Source of the DNA: Epiperipatus broadwayi
Lineage: Eukaryota > Animalia > Onychophora
DNA: 64,000 nt
Direction of reading: 5' to 3'
Assembly: GCA_028023455.1 (NCBI GenBank)
Contig: JAQFVV010000004.1
Location: 16,120,001-16,184,000, forward strand
Shown here: piece after piece, positions 62,650 through 64,000 of the stretch
Numbering within the stretch: the stretch's first letter is position 1
Layout of the letters: the number at the start of each line of letters is the position of its first letter
Position numbers and translations under genes: made by a program
The notes under the pieces: generated by a model
The model's input: the letters and a program-made list of their open reading frames with translations, nothing else
What the model was told of the DNA's origin: nothing
The model's database searches: none

Positions 62650-64000
62650 TTTCCAGCATTGTGTTATCATTATTATCTGTAACTTTAGTATATACCATCA
62701 GTAAAACTAACACAATGAATCTTTTTTTGTCTCAGTATCAACTGTTTCTTTATTTGCACAATTCATTTACATAAATATTAAACAAAATAGGAAAAATTCA
62801 GCATCTCTGTTCATGCCTATTTCTTTTACTCTCAGAAATATTTATAAAATGAAATACCCTTATACAAGTTTTATAATGTACATTTTTCTTCTTATCAAAT
62901 TTTCTTCTTTTCTTCTTTTTAGAATATACAACAAAATAATCTAATTCATCCTATCAAAACCTGTTTTTAAGTTCAATAAAAAATATTTCTCTTTCCTCTG
63001 CTTTCTATACATTTTTAATAATTTTCTTTAGTATTCCAACATTTCTTTTCTTTATTAATTCACATTTACTATTTGAAAATAACTAAGCATACATATTTTA
63101 CATATGGTTGAGAATTACGATAAATATAAAACCACCCACACATGAATTAATATTATCTGGGTAATAAATTATTCTGATAATGTTACCAATATTGTGTGCA
63201 TAAACTTATCATATCAATCTCAATCTATTATATAATGAAAGTCTTTCAAAACCTCTTCCAAGTATGTGCTTTTTTCCCTCTTTCAAATCATGCTTGTTTT
63301 TATATAAATTAGTTTTATATTTATGGTGAAAATATATGTCAGCACACATTGTTTTTTTTGTGTGTGTTATACATACAAGTCATGAATACTCCTTATTATC
63401 TGCTTATTAAGCCCATGAGAAGAATAACTGAAACATTGGAATTAAGAATTATTGAACTACTTAATATTTCAAAGAGACCAGGCTTATAACTGGATTAACT
63501 AAAGATAAGTTAATGTCACCTGTTATAACCACCAGAAATTGAAGTAGTTCTCACTGGGATAGAGCAATATACAAAGGATTATAAGTAAAAAGCAAAAAAA
63601 CCATTGGAGGAAATATCTATCTGCCCATTTTAGAATTTGCCCTAGTAATCCACCATAAGTTTTACAAATAGACCATTTAACCCTAAAGTGCTATTTTGAA
63701 ACCATGGGCATCTCATTATTATCATTATGATTTAGAAGTAATAGTGTCTTAAGCATAAGAATTAGCCAGAATATGACTATAAGTAACATCCTTTTGAAAA
63801 TTCATTAAAATTATGCCTGTCCATGATAGTGACTTCTCATTGATATGAAACATTGTATTATCATAATTTTGGTTAGCAATAGAATCATATTTTATTTAAT
63901 TATTGCTTTGGATGACCACATCTTATCTGATAATGATTTTAAACATGGTTTCCAGTCAACAATTTCTTTTCAAGATGATGAATGCTCCACTTCAGATACA
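62650..64000 (-). pseudogene. Possible decayed LINE (endonuclease region)
   Basis: Minus-strand VVITGDINL near 63500-63530 resembles the APE GDFN motif. The rest is uninformative. Confidence 0.35.

Overview
This is very AT-rich eukaryotic DNA, probably an invertebrate intron or intergenic region. I could not support any host protein-coding exon, rRNA, true tRNA or CRISPR array. The window is a transposon graveyard. It holds three RTE-clade LINE copies (53-2887 nearly intact, 59200-61980 decayed, 23255-25960 very decayed), an L1/Tx1 3' end, other LINE relics, a Penelope-type RT relic and a hAT transposase relic. It also holds hAT and TTAA-flanked MITEs and a ~100 bp tRNA-Gly(TCC)-derived SINE. 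The main signal is about 19 small insertions from five or six sequence-distinct families. Most carry or derive from a type I hammerhead ribozyme (CUGANGA...GAAA...NUH). They share one architecture: a 30-55 bp 'tail' plus a variable piece in inverted orientation, joined by microhomology to a direct piece that always ends at one fixed internal site. Most are flanked by a 10-16 bp target-site duplication. This matches the pLTR/tail footprint of Penelope-like retroelements. The series runs from a 65 bp minimal insertion to perfect ~190 bp-arm palindromes, so the two priming sites can be read from sequence. Ribozyme activity and family assignment are inferred, not tested.
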